From an uncultured Planctomycetaceae bacterium (GTDB lineage Bacteria > Planctomycetota > Planctomycetia > Isosphaerales > Isosphaeraceae): a stretch of DNA of 64,000 nucleotides. Shown piece by piece: positions 10,066 to 20,421 of the stretch (within the stretch, counting starts at the first letter, position 1; every line of letters starts with the position of its first letter). Under the pieces are notes generated by a model. That model saw only the letters and a list, made by a program, of their open reading frames with translations, searched no databases and was not told the origin of the DNA. The stretch is from positions 352,001 to 416,000 of the forward strand of contig CAWIAD010000002.1 in assembly GCA_963833985.1 (NCBI GenBank), given 5' to 3'. The position numbers and the translations under genes are program-made.

Positions 10066-10202
10066 TCGCTGCTCTCCGGCGCCAACTGGGCAGGCTGGGA
10101 TAGCCGCCGTGATCATGCTTACTGTTCCTGCCTGGCTCGGGGCTGTCGTCCCCGCGGTCGGAAGCTGAACTCCAGCCCCAGGCAGCCGGCGGTCCAGGCG
10201 CT

Positions 10203-10457
10203 TCAGGCGTCCGTTCCGTAGGGCCGGTCCCGTCGCACCGAAAGTCGAATGGTCGACGCCGCCGGCCCCTCAAGTGGAGAGGACTGCGGCTCCGCGAGCA
10301 GAGCACGGAACAACGCCAGCTCTTCACGGGCGCGGTCAATCCTGGACCGGCAGTCCGCACAACCCTCGGCGTGCGCGGCGAGCTCGGCCGGGACCGCGTC
10401 TTCCATCGCCAGGCGGAGCAGCTCGGCCTCTTCAGGACAGGTCTGGCTCGAAGGCAT
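10203..10457 (-). CDS. Small zf-HC2-like protein (anti-sigma-like, or truncated Ser/Thr kinase N-terminus)
   Basis: CPEEAELL...ELAAHAEGCADCRSRI (HxxxCxxC). Overlaps the 3' end of the ECF gene. Confidence 0.65.
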   Translation of the reverse strand: MPSSQTCPEEAELLRLAMEDAVPAELAAHAEGCADCRSRIDRAREELALFRALLAEPQSSPLEGPAASTIRLSVRRDRPYGTDA

Positions 10458-11043
10458 GGCTCACGTCCTCTTCGAAATCGTTGCAGACCTTGCGGACGAG
10501 CTTCATCACGCGGCAGGAGTTGACGTAAACGGCGTTCGGCTCCAGTCCCAGATCGGTGGCCACCTGGGCGGCCGGCACGTTGTGGAAGACGCGCTGGACG
10601 AAGCAGGCCCAGACGCGTGAGGAAACCCGAGCGCGCACCGCCTTCAGCGCATGCTTCAAGATCCGCTCCTGGTGCACGATCGTCCATTCCTCCTCCAGCT
10701 TCACGCTGTCGGTATCCGCCTCCCGCAAGACGTTGACCACCCAGCCCTCGAGCGCCCGCTTATGGCTGGCCTCGCGGCGGGCGCGGTCGATGAGCGTGTT
10801 CCGCGCCACGGTGAACAGCCAGCTCCGGAAGCGGCACTTCTGGCGGTCATACCTGTGGATCTTGCCGAGTATCTTCACGTAAATGTCATGGACCATGTCG
10901 TTGGCGTCGAACTCGCGGAGCCCCCTCCTGCGCAGAAACTCCATGAGCATGGGCCGGTAGATCGCGTCGAATTGACGCCAGCGTGCGGAGTCGTGCTGGC
11001 GCACGCCGTCGATCAGTGAGACAAGAGTTTGCGTCTCGTCCAT
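10432..11043 (-). CDS. ECF RNA polymerase sigma factor (planctomycete kinase-associated type)
   Basis: SLIDGVRQHDSARWRQF...YRP...DANDMVHDIY...RFRSWLFTVARN, and region 4 VATDLGLEPNAVYVNSCRV. Confidence 0.9.
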   Translation of the reverse strand: MDETQTLVSLIDGVRQHDSARWRQFDAIYRPMLMEFLRRRGLREFDANDMVHDIYVKILGKIHRYDRQKCRFRSWLFTVARNTLIDRARREASHKRALEGWVVNVLREADTDSVKLEEEWTIVHQERILKHALKAVRARVSSRVWACFVQRVFHNVPAAQVATDLGLEPNAVYVNSCRVMKLVRKVCNDFEEDVSHAFEPDLS

Positions 11044-11593
11044 GACCTTCTGCCCTGGAATGACGTGATGATGAATTGCATTCTGGGACCTGACCGGTAA
11101 TAGGACAGCCACAGCAGACTCCTGTTGACGAGAAAAAATCGGCTCACATTTCGAGGATTGTCCTGCATGCGTCGGCGCTCGGGCTTGCGGGGATCTTCCG
11201 GCGAACGGCTCGTGCCCGAGATTCCTGCTCAGCCGGATCATCCCTGCTCGACTCGCCCGTGAGTTCATACGCACGGGCACCAGGAATCCTTACCAAGAAA
11301 AAACGAACACGATGAAAGGGCGGAGACATGCCGGCCGACGTGCTCTACCGCGGGCATATCGCTCCGGATCTGGTCGCCTGACGACCCGCGGGAACAGGCG
11401 GCGGGCTGCCCCGGAGAGGAATGGGCGGGATGGGCCTGAATTCGCCGCGCTTTGAAGGTAAAATGATCGAGACGATCCGGGGACGTGAAATGCTCCCGGC
11501 TCGCCCGGTCGCTGCTGCCGGCTTCCTGCTGGCCGCTGGCGCGGGGCACCCGTAACTCATCCATCCTGAAGTCGGTCGAGGGGCACCACCGCC

Positions 11594-14362
11594 ATGCCGC
11601 GACGCTTCAAAGCCCGCCCCTCGGCCCCCCGGGTCGGCGACCTGCCCGTCTTCGAGCAGACTCTCAAGAACGGCCTCCGCGCGCTGATCCTGCCCCGCAG
11701 GCGGTTACCGATCGTCGTTTGCGACCTGTTTTACCCGGTCGGCTCCTTTGATGAGCCGCCTGGAAAGACCGGAATTGCACATTTCCTCGAGCACATGATG
11801 TTCAAGGGAACCCCGCGGATTCCCAAGGGGCAGATCGATCAGCTCGCATTCATCGCGGGGGGGCAGGCCAACGCCGAGACCGGCGAGGATTGCACTCACT
11901 TCTGGTTCCAGTTCCCTGCCGACCGCTGGGAGGTGGCGATCCAGATCGAGGCGGATCGGATGACGATGGCACGGCTCGACCCGGACGAGGTGGAGGCCGA
12001 GCGGAAGGTCATCGCCGAGGAGCGCGCCCGGGAAATGGAGTCGCCCCAGGCGCGGCTTGACCAGATGCACCAGCTTGCCAGCTACGTGAAACACCCCTAT
12101 CGCAATCCCGTGCTCGGCTGGCCGGAGGATGTGGCAAGCATCAGCGGCGAGGATCTGGTTGCCTTCTGCCGGGCGCACTACCGGCCCGACGGGGCGGTGC
12201 TCGTGGTGGCTGGCGACGTCGAGCCGGCCGAGGCACTGAAAAAGATCGACAGCCACCTGGGGTCGCTGGCTCCGGGAAAAGCGGCACGGCCGGTTCGGGG
12301 CGGTGACGAGCCCGCTCAGACTGGTCGGCGGTCGTTCACCCTCCGCGAGCGCGACGTGCTTCCGCGCGGGCTATTCGGCTGGCACACGGTGCCGCGCGGG
12401 CATCGCGACGCGCCGGTGCTCGATGTGCTGGCCGACCTGCTTGGAACCGGCCGGCAGTCGCGGCTCTGGAAGGCGATCGTGGAGGAGGAGAAGCTGGCCA
12501 CCTGGATCGAGACGCAACATGTCGGCTCGCAACGCGCGGGGCAGTTCTTTGTCCAGGTCGAGACCCTCCCCGGAGTCGACCCTGCCCTGGTCGAGAAACG
12601 GCTCCTGGGCATTCTCCACGGGGTGGCCCGGCGGGCTCCAGCCGAGGACGAACTGGCACGGGCGCGGCACCGGCTGGAGGCGGGATGGCGCTGGGAGCAG
12701 GAGGATATTGCCGGCCTGGCCGCCGGCATTGGCCACGCCGCACTCTGGGGAGACTGGCGCGACTGGCTGCGTGATCACACCGAGGCGCTGGCCGCCGATG
12801 GCGCCGCAGTGGCCCGCGCGGCTGGCCGTTACCTGGCCGAATGCAATCTCACCGTTGGCTGGTCGCTTCCGCGCACGCGTTCCGAGCCGGCCGTGGAGAT
12901 TCAGTGGCCGACCCCGAAGCCGCTCCCGGCGACGGCTCGAAACGGCCCGTTCGTGCCCGGAGTCACGACGTTAGCGACCGAAACCTCGCGGCTTCCGGCG
13001 CCCGTCTCGAACGCCATCTCACCATCGCAACCGGAGACAACGTCTGCGGCTTCCCAGCCCACACTTGAGATCCCCCGCGGCTATGTGCGCCTTGCCGGAT
13101 TCCGGCCGCACCGGGGGCGGCTTGGCAACGGCATGCAGGTCGTTCACGAGACGCGGCACGGCACGGGTGTGGCGGCGCTCGAGCTGCACGTCGACGCTGG
13201 ATTCATGAGGGAAGCACGTCCTGGCGTCTCGTACCTGACCGGACGGCTGCTCGAGGAAGGTACATCCCGTCGCTCCGCGTCGGAGCTGGCGGCGGCCATC
13301 GAGAACGTGGGCGGGACGATGGAGGTCGGCCCGGCGTGCATCTCGGTACGAATCCGCGCCGAGGACCTCGCCCTGGCCATCGAGATTCTTGCCGAACTGG
13401 TTCGCCAGCCGGCCTTTCCGCCAGATGCGGTTGCCTGGACCAAGCAGCGTATCCTGGCCGAGTTGCAAGCCGACCGGGAAGACCCGGCGTATCGAGCGGA
13501 CCTGATCTTCCGGGGCCTCGTGTACGGCACTCACCCGCTGGGAAGAGACCCGCGCGGCAGCCTGCGCGACGTCCGGTTGCTGACGCACGACGACGTGATC
13601 GCTCACCATCGCCGCTATTTCGTCCCCGACCGCTCGTTCCTCACGGCGGCCGGGGATTTCGACCCGGCGGTGCTCAGGCGCCAGGTCCGATCTCACTTTG
13701 GCTCCTGGCCGCCGGCCGGTGCGCCGCTGCCGGCCCTCCCGCTGGTGGCCGAGCCGCGGAGGCCACGGGTGCGCCGGGTCGACCAGTCGGGCACGCAGGT
13801 CCACGTGGTGCTGGGACACCTTGGCATTCCCCGCCATCATCCCGACTTCGAGGCACTGGTGGTGCTCGACCACATTTTCGGAACCGGCCCGGGCTTCTCC
13901 GACCGCCTGGGGCGGATCGTACGCGACGAGCTGGGTCTGGTCTACAGCATCGGGGGCGGGATGACCGATTCGGCCGATCTGCTCCCCGGACTGTTCCGGG
14001 TGTATGCCGGAACGAGCCCCGAGGAGGCGGACCGGGTCGTCGCGGCCATCACCGGGCAGATCCAGGCAATGCAGGCCGGAGCATTCAGCGACGATGAAGT
14101 GGACCGTGCCCGCCGATACCTCGCCGGCGCTTATATCTTCGACTTCCAGACCGTTGATCAGCGGGCCGAACGGCTGCTCGAGCTGGTACGCCTGGGGCTG
14201 CCGCTCGATGAGCCGAAGCGCTGGCCGGAGCGCATCTCGCGGATCACGCCCTGCCAGGTGCGGCAGGCGGCCCGGCGGCACCTTCGCCCCGGTTCGCTCT
14301 CCCGCGTCGAGTACGGGCCGCTCGTCGGAAGAGGGCACAAGACGCGTGTGGAATGTGCTTGA
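11594..14362 (+). CDS. M16 (pitrilysin/insulinase) family zinc peptidase, two-half fusion
   Basis: GIAHFLEHMMFKG (HxxEH). The second M16 half has GEE/RDELGLVYS features and lacks the zinc motif. Confidence 0.95.
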   Translation: MPRRFKARPSAPRVGDLPVFEQTLKNGLRALILPRRRLPIVVCDLFYPVGSFDEPPGKTGIAHFLEHMMFKGTPRIPKGQIDQLAFIAGGQANAETGEDCTHFWFQFPADRWEVAIQIEADRMTMARLDPDEVEAERKVIAEERAREMESPQARLDQMHQLASYVKHPYRNPVLGWPEDVASISGEDLVAFCRAHYRPDGAVLVVAGDVEPAEALKKIDSHLGSLAPGKAARPVRGGDEPAQTGRRSFTLRERDVLPRGLFGWHTVPRGHRDAPVLDVLADLLGTGRQSRLWKAIVEEEKLATWIETQHVGSQRAGQFFVQVETLPGVDPALVEKRLLGILHGVARRAPAEDELARARHRLEAGWRWEQEDIAGLAAGIGHAALWGDWRDWLRDHTEALAADGAAVARAAGRYLAECNLTVGWSLPRTRSEPAVEIQWPTPKPLPATARNGPFVPGVTTLATETSRLPAPVSNAISPSQPETTSAASQPTLEIPRGYVRLAGFRPHRGRLGNGMQVVHETRHGTGVAALELHVDAGFMREARPGVSYLTGRLLEEGTSRRSASELAAAIENVGGTMEVGPACISVRIRAEDLALAIEILAELVRQPAFPPDAVAWTKQRILAELQADREDPAYRADLIFRGLVYGTHPLGRDPRGSLRDVRLLTHDDVIAHHRRYFVPDRSFLTAAGDFDPAVLRRQVRSHFGSWPPAGAPLPALPLVAEPRRPRVRRVDQSGTQVHVVLGHLGIPRHHPDFEALVVLDHIFGTGPGFSDRLGRIVRDELGLVYSIGGGMTDSADLLPGLFRVYAGTSPEEADRVVAAITGQIQAMQAGAFSDDEVDRARRYLAGAYIFDFQTVDQRAERLLELVRLGLPLDEPKRWPERISRITPCQVRQAARRHLRPGSLSRVEYGPLVGRGHKTRVECA

Positions 14363-14470
14363 GCCCGAGCCTGGCCTGAGCTGCGATAGATGCTTGCCGC
14401 TGTCGCGCGCGCCGGGCGATAAGTAGAATAAGGTGCAGTCTGGAGGCTCGGTCAACAGAAGAGGCTCGCC

Positions 14471-15256
14471 ATGCCCAGCCCGTTTCCGGGAGTCGATCCC
14501 TATCTGGAAAGCCAGGGGTACTGGCCGGATTCTCACTCACGTTTTCTGACTTACTGCTGTGACGCACTCAACGATGGTCTCCCGGACTCCTACGAGGCCC
14601 GCCTTGGCGAACAGCTTCGGCTGGTGGAGCGGCCCGATCCACGGGTCCGGACGACCATTCCCGATGTGACGATCCTGGAAGGTGAATACGGTCGGAGAAC
14701 GGGCGGGCAGCCGACGAGTTCTGGCGGCGTGCTGACGCTCGAGCCGGTCACCATCGATCTGCCCGTCGAGGAGGTGGAAGAAGTACGCGACCTCTGGATC
14801 GAGATCCGCCGGCGGCCTCACCTTGACCTCGTCACGGCGATCGAGATCCTGTCGCCGACCAACAAGACGGGCGAGGGTTACTGGCATTACCTGGCCAAGC
14901 GAAGAAGCTTCCTCCGGCAGAACGTTCATCTGGTCGAGCTCGATCTGCTGATCCGTGGTCAGCGGCTGCCGATGGGGCAGGAGTTACCCGCCGGCGATTA
15001 CTTCGCTTTCATCTCCCGAGCCGATCGCCGTGCGAAATGCGACGTTTACGCCTGGTCGGTGCGCAACGCGCTGCCGAATCTGCCGATCCCCCTGCGATCT
15101 CCCGATCCTGACGTCATTCTGGAACTTCCCGCCGTCTTTGCCTATGGATACGAACGCGGACGCTACGCGGGCTCACTCGATTATGCCGCAGCCCTGGATC
15201 TGCCCTTGCCTGCTGCCGATCGCGCCTGGGCCGAGCAACGTTGCCGCCCTTCCTGA
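14471..15256 (+). CDS. DUF4058 family protein
   Basis: MPSPFPGVDPYLE...W..H; VTAIEILSPTNK; HLVELDLL. Confidence 0.9.
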   Translation: MPSPFPGVDPYLESQGYWPDSHSRFLTYCCDALNDGLPDSYEARLGEQLRLVERPDPRVRTTIPDVTILEGEYGRRTGGQPTSSGGVLTLEPVTIDLPVEEVEEVRDLWIEIRRRPHLDLVTAIEILSPTNKTGEGYWHYLAKRRSFLRQNVHLVELDLLIRGQRLPMGQELPAGDYFAFISRADRRAKCDVYAWSVRNALPNLPIPLRSPDPDVILELPAVFAYGYERGRYAGSLDYAAALDLPLPAADRAWAEQRCRPS

Positions 15257-15401
15257 GCGTGTGAGGCTCGACCGAGCCTGGATTGTCGACCCCTCATCGA
15301 GTTCAACACGCAGATTTGCCAGTTACCTTGTGATGGGACCGCTCGCACCCGCCCGAAGACTTCAAGCCCCACCTGGATGACCCGCCTCAGGAGTGAACCG
15401 G

Positions 15402-17858
15402 ATGACTCGCAAAGGAACCGCTGGGCCCGTATGGATTCTGGAACTGGTAACACTGTGCCGCATCTTTTGCTGTCAGGTCCTGGCGCCTGGCATGCTGTTT
15501 CTGAGCCTCCCCGCGCACCAGCTGATCGGTGCCGGGCCTTCCGAGGGCACGGCAAAGCTGACGGTCCACGCCGACCGCGAAGGCCCCAAGGTCAGCCCGC
15601 TGCTCTACGGCATCTTCTTCGAGGACATCAACTGCTCGGCTGACGGCGGCATCTACGCCGAGCTGGTGCGCAACCGATCGTTCGAGGATGCCGGGAAGCC
15701 CGAGCACTGGACCGTGACCAAGGGTGGACAAAGCAAGGTCGAGATCGCCGTCGACACTTCCCGGCCGGTCAGCGCTCGGAACCAGCGGTCGCTCAGAGTC
15801 ACCATCACCGACCCCGACGGCGCCCGGGCGGGTGTGGTCAATGACGGCTACTGGGGCATGTCCATGAAGGAGGGCGAGGTGTACCGCCTCTCGGTCCGCG
15901 CGCGCTGTGACGGCACCTTCCGGGAACCGCTGTCCGCAGCCCTGGTGGGACGGGATGGACGGTGCTACGCCACGGAGCAACTGCCCCGGCTGAACGAGCA
16001 CTGGACCGAGTATGAGTTCCCACTCAAGTCCAGTGGGACCGACCCGGGGGCACATCTCGAGATCACCGCTGCCGGCAAAGGGACTTTCTGGCTGGACATG
16101 GTGTCACTGTTCCCCATGAGGACCTGGAAGGACCGTCCCAACGGCCTGCGATCCGACCTGGCCGGGCTGCTGGCGGGTCTCAAGCCCGCCTTTGTCAGGT
16201 TTCCCGGTGGATGCTGGGTGGAGGGCGACACCATGAAGTTTGCCTATCGCTGGAAGGAAACCATCGGCACGCTTTCGGAGCGGCGCACCCAGTACAACAT
16301 CTGGGACTACCACGCCACACACGGACTGGGCTTCCACGAGTACCTCCAGATGTGCGAGGACCTCGGCGCAGAGCCTTTGTTCGTGATCAATTGCGGGATG
16401 TCGCACCGTGAGAACGTGCCCATGGACCGGATGCTCGAGTTCGTGCAGGATGCGCTCGACGCCATCGAGTACTGCAACGGACCGGCAGACAGCAAGTGGG
16501 GCTCGGTGCGGGCCCGGGCAGGCCACCCGGCTCCGTTCGGCCTGAAGTACATGGAAATCGGTAACGAGAACGGCGGACATGCCTACCAGGAACGCTACGC
16601 GCTTTTCTATGACGCGATCAAGCAACGGCATCCCGAGATCGTCCTGATCGCGAACGAGCCGATCAGCAGCCGGGCCGCCGACATCATCGACGAGCATTAC
16701 TACTCCACGCCTGAGTTCTTCATCCGCCAGGCCGAGCGGTATGACCGGTACGACCGCAAGGGACCCAAGATCTACGTGGGCGAATACGCGGTCACGCAGG
16801 GCTGCGGCCAGGGCAACCTGCGCGGGGCCGTGGGCGAGGCCGCGTTCCTCGTCGGCATGGAGCGGAACCCCGACGTCGTGGCCATGTCGTCCTACGCCCC
16901 CCTCTTCGTGAACGTGAACCACCGCGGCTGGAACCCGGACCTGATCAACTTTGACAGCTCCCGGGCCTACGTGATTCCCTCGTACCACGTGCAACGGCTC
17001 TTTCGCGAGAACCGAGGCGATGTGGTGCTGCCCGTCGATGTGGCCGCTCCGAGCCTCGAGGAAGGTCCACGCGGCGGGGCGGTGGGAGTGGGAACCTGGG
17101 CCACCCAGGCCGACTTCAAGGATCTCAAGGTGACGCATGGCGGCGAGACGCTCTTCGCGGCGGCCTCCCAGGACGGCACGAGATCCTGGAAGCTGCTGGG
17201 GGGCGACTGGAAGGTGGAGGATGGAGTTCTGCGCCAGTTGAGCCTCCGGGAAAACGTCCGCGCGGTGGCCGGAAACCGGAGCTGGACCGACTACACGCTC
17301 AGCCTCAAGGCCCGCAAGCGAGGCGGCAGAGAAGGGTTCCTGATCCTCTTCCGGGTCGGCGATGAGAACCAGAAGTCGTGGTGGAACATCGGCGGCTGGG
17401 GCAACACACGGCACGCCATCGAGATCGGCGGAGAGGTTGGTAGCGGGGTGCCCGGCCGCATCGAAACCGGGCGCTGGTATGAGATCAAGATCGAGCTGGC
17501 CGGATCGAGCATCAAGTGCTACCTCGATGGCACGCTCGTGCACGATGTGCGGACGCCGCGGATGAAGTCACTGCACGCCGTGGCCACACGTGAGCGTTCC
17601 AGCGGGGAGATCATCCTCAAGGTGGTGAACGCCTCCGCGGAGACGCTGGCGACCGAGATCGGCTTTCCCGGCATTAACCACCTGAGCGGCCCGGCGCGAG
17701 CGGTGGTCCTGGCTGCGGAGCAGCCCACCGATGAGAACTCACTGGCGAATCCGGTGAAGGTCGCGCCGGTCTCGGCCGCGCTGGACTGCGCTGAATCGTC
17801 GATCCGCCATGCCTTCCCCGGCAACTCGGTCTCGGTGATCCGTGTGAAAGCCAGATGA
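15402..17858 (+). CDS. Alpha-L-arabinofuranosidase (GH51) with carbohydrate-binding/beta-jelly-roll inserts
   Basis: YGIFFEDIN..ADGGIYAELVRNRSFE, RFPGGC, EIGNEN, DEHYY, VGEYA, SYAPLF; signal peptide. Start is uncertain. Confidence 0.93.
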   Translation: MTRKGTAGPVWILELVTLCRIFCCQVLAPGMLFLSLPAHQLIGAGPSEGTAKLTVHADREGPKVSPLLYGIFFEDINCSADGGIYAELVRNRSFEDAGKPEHWTVTKGGQSKVEIAVDTSRPVSARNQRSLRVTITDPDGARAGVVNDGYWGMSMKEGEVYRLSVRARCDGTFREPLSAALVGRDGRCYATEQLPRLNEHWTEYEFPLKSSGTDPGAHLEITAAGKGTFWLDMVSLFPMRTWKDRPNGLRSDLAGLLAGLKPAFVRFPGGCWVEGDTMKFAYRWKETIGTLSERRTQYNIWDYHATHGLGFHEYLQMCEDLGAEPLFVINCGMSHRENVPMDRMLEFVQDALDAIEYCNGPADSKWGSVRARAGHPAPFGLKYMEIGNENGGHAYQERYALFYDAIKQRHPEIVLIANEPISSRAADIIDEHYYSTPEFFIRQAERYDRYDRKGPKIYVGEYAVTQGCGQGNLRGAVGEAAFLVGMERNPDVVAMSSYAPLFVNVNHRGWNPDLINFDSSRAYVIPSYHVQRLFRENRGDVVLPVDVAAPSLEEGPRGGAVGVGTWATQADFKDLKVTHGGETLFAAASQDGTRSWKLLGGDWKVEDGVLRQLSLRENVRAVAGNRSWTDYTLSLKARKRGGREGFLILFRVGDENQKSWWNIGGWGNTRHAIEIGGEVGSGVPGRIETGRWYEIKIELAGSSIKCYLDGTLVHDVRTPRMKSLHAVATRERSSGEIILKVVNASAETLATEIGFPGINHLSGPARAVVLAAEQPTDENSLANPVKVAPVSAALDCAESSIRHAFPGNSVSVIRVKAR

Positions 17859-17948
17859 GCCGCCGGCGCTGCGAGGAGCCGTCCGCGACCCTCTGATCAA
17901 AGGGCTCGAGATCGGTTCGCGGCGCCTCTGCGTTCGCCGAGGCGCGGC

Positions 17949-17977
17949 TTGACAGCGCCCCAGGCGGTTTCTACGAT
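17949..17977 (+). promoter_or_regulatory. Sigma70-type promoter for the plsX-fab operon
   Basis: TTGACA-17 bp-TACGAT. Confidence 0.7.
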
Positions 17978-18201
17978 GTGCTCACAATCCAGCTACAACG
18001 ATCGACACGGCATGCGGCATCCGCGGCTCCTGGATGGAGCCTGCCTTTGAGCCTGGTGGCGTGTGGAGTGCGAAGGTTGGGGCGATTCCGGTCCCTTTCG
18101 GGATGCGAGGCCGGGAGACACAAGATCTCGGCCGCGGCATCCCGTCGTCGTTTGGCGGGGGTTATCAACCGTGCCGAAGCCAGATCGGGGGGAGTGAAGC
18201 C

Positions 18202-19260
18202 ATGCGGATAGCCCTGGATGCGATGGGAGGCGATTTTGCTCCCGGACCCATCATCGCGGGCGCCGTCGACGCGGTTCGTGATCAGCCGGAGCTCGTTACC
18301 GTGCTGGTGGGTGATCACGAGCGGATCGAGGCGGAGCTCGCCAAGATTCAGGACGTCCCGCGCGAGAAACTGCCGATCGTGCATGCCAGCCAGGTCATCG
18401 GCATGGAAGAAAAGCCGGTCGACGCCCTGCGGAAGAAGCGCGACAATTCCATCTCGCGGTGCTGGGGGCTGCTGGCCACGGGAGACGTCAAGGCCGTCGT
18501 TTCGGCCGGCAACACCGGCGCCATGGTGGCGTCGGCCCTGTTCAATGCCAAGATGTTCCTGCCGGGCGTCCGCCGGCCGGGGATCGCCGCGATTTTTCCT
18601 TCGCACCAGGGCCCGATCGTGATCATCGACGTCGGGGCCAACATGAACCCCAAGGCGGACGACCTGTACCAGTATGGCATCATGGGGGCGATCTACGCCG
18701 AGGAGATTCTCGGCGTCACCCACCCGCGGATCGGTCTCCTGAACGTCGGGACCGAGGACGAGAAGGGCACCGACCTGACGCGGGCCACACGCGCACTCTA
18801 TCAAGACAGCCCCTGGTCCAGCCGGTTCGTCGGCAATGTGGAAGGACGCGACATTTACGAGGGCCACGTCCGGGTGGTCATCTGTGACGGCTTCGTGGGC
18901 AATGTGCTGCTCAAGGCCGGCGAGGGCGCTGTCGAGTTTCTCTTCTCCACGCTGCGCGAAGAGCTGGCCCGGCTGCTGCCACAGCTTCCTCCCGAGGCCG
19001 GCCACCGCATCGCCGGCAGTTTGCAGGCGCTCAAGAGCCGGTTCGAGTACGAGGAATTCGGCGGTGGTCCTCTGCTCGGCATCCGCGGGGCCTGCATCAT
19101 CTGCCACGGGGCCTCCGGCGCACGCGCCATCAAGAACGCCCTGCGCGTCGCCCATGCCATGGCCGAGGACCGGCTCAATGAACGGATTATCGAGCATCTC
19201 GGGACCAAACTGCCGGCTGCGGCCGTCGAGCCGGGCAAAGCCGACGCCGGCCAGGAATAA
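18202..19260 (+). CDS. plsX: Phosphate acyltransferase PlsX
   Basis: MRIALDAMGGDFAP, VSAGNTGA, RPGI, GLLNVGTEDEKG, FVGNVEG, CDGFVGN. Confidence 0.97.
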   Translation: MRIALDAMGGDFAPGPIIAGAVDAVRDQPELVTVLVGDHERIEAELAKIQDVPREKLPIVHASQVIGMEEKPVDALRKKRDNSISRCWGLLATGDVKAVVSAGNTGAMVASALFNAKMFLPGVRRPGIAAIFPSHQGPIVIIDVGANMNPKADDLYQYGIMGAIYAEEILGVTHPRIGLLNVGTEDEKGTDLTRATRALYQDSPWSSRFVGNVEGRDIYEGHVRVVICDGFVGNVLLKAGEGAVEFLFSTLREELARLLPQLPPEAGHRIAGSLQALKSRFEYEEFGGGPLLGIRGACIICHGASGARAIKNALRVAHAMAEDRLNERIIEHLGTKLPAAAVEPGKADAGQE

Positions 19261-19301
19261 CCGGCGTTGCCAGCGATCTTTCGAGTGAGGATCAGCCGAT
19301 C

Positions 19302-20213
19302 ATGGCCAAGATCGCCTTCCTGTTTCCCGGCCAAGGTGCTCAGACCGTAGGCATGTGCCGTGAGCTCGAGGCAGAGTTAACCTCGGTGCGGGCGCTCTTC
19401 GACGAGGCCGGCGAGGTACTCGGATACGACCTGCGCGCCCTCTGCTTCGAGGGACCCGCCCTGGCGCTCGAGGCCACCGATGTCAGCCAGCCGGCCATCT
19501 TCGTTGCCAGCCTTGCGGCGCTCGAAAGCCTGAAAGTGAGCAACCCGGACGTCGTGCAGGCTTGCCAGGGCGCTGCCGGCCTGAGCCTTGGCGAGTACAC
19601 CGCGCTGGTCTTTGCCGGGGCCATGGATTTCGGGGCCGGCCTGGAAGTGGTCCGGCGGCGTGGCCAGGCGATGCAATCGGCTTCGCGGGCCACTCCCAGC
19701 GGGATGACCAGCGTCCTTGGCCTCGACGAGGCGAAGGCCGACGAACTCTGTGCGCGCGTCGCTCCGGCCGGTCGTCTCTGGAAGGCGAACATGCTCGGGC
19801 CCGGCAATATCGTCTTCTCCGGGGAAGCCGCGGCCCTCGCGGCAGTCGAGCCGGCAGCCATCGACCTCGGTGCCATGAAGGTTGTTCCCCTGGCGGTCGC
19901 AGGCGCCTTTCACTCCGAGCTCATGAAACCCGCGGACCAGCAGCTTGCCGAGGTGCTCGCAAGGACATCGCTCGCGACCCCGCGCATCCCCGTCTATTCG
20001 AATGTCGATGCCCGGGTGCACACCGACCCGGACGACATCCGGCGCACACTCGTCGCGCAAGTTTTGCAGGGAGTGCGCTGGGAAGAGTCGATGCGGCACA
20101 TGATTGCCGATGGCTTCGACACGTTCTACGAGATCGGGCCGGGCCGCGTTCTGACGGCACTGCTCAAGCGCATCGATCGCAAGCTTCCGTGCATGCACGT
20201 CCCGGCGCGGTGA
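19302..20213 (+). CDS. fabD: Malonyl-CoA:ACP transacylase
   Basis: FLFPGQGAQ, GLSLGEY, AGAFHS, EIGPGRVL. Confidence 0.97.
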   Translation: MAKIAFLFPGQGAQTVGMCRELEAELTSVRALFDEAGEVLGYDLRALCFEGPALALEATDVSQPAIFVASLAALESLKVSNPDVVQACQGAAGLSLGEYTALVFAGAMDFGAGLEVVRRRGQAMQSASRATPSGMTSVLGLDEAKADELCARVAPAGRLWKANMLGPGNIVFSGEAAALAAVEPAAIDLGAMKVVPLAVAGAFHSELMKPADQQLAEVLARTSLATPRIPVYSNVDARVHTDPDDIRRTLVAQVLQGVRWEESMRHMIADGFDTFYEIGPGRVLTALLKRIDRKLPCMHVPAR

Positions 20214-20421
20214 ATCTTGCCTGGGGTGCAGGGTTTTGGGGTTGAAGGAGCGGTTTGACCCGGATTATAAACGAAAACAATCTCCGGCGTTTTGGTCGAG
20301 CGGCTGTCCGTCCCCGTACGGGCAGGGATTCATCCGGCACGTCTTCGAGACGTGTGCCGCGGATGGCGCAGCCCGGTCAATTCTCCCACGGGTCGCAAAC
20401 ATCTAGCAGCAGGAAGTGAAC

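Noticed and set aside
17978..18201. rpmF (L32) upstream of plsX
   Set aside because: No L32-like ORF (MAVPK..., CxxC) found in this leader.
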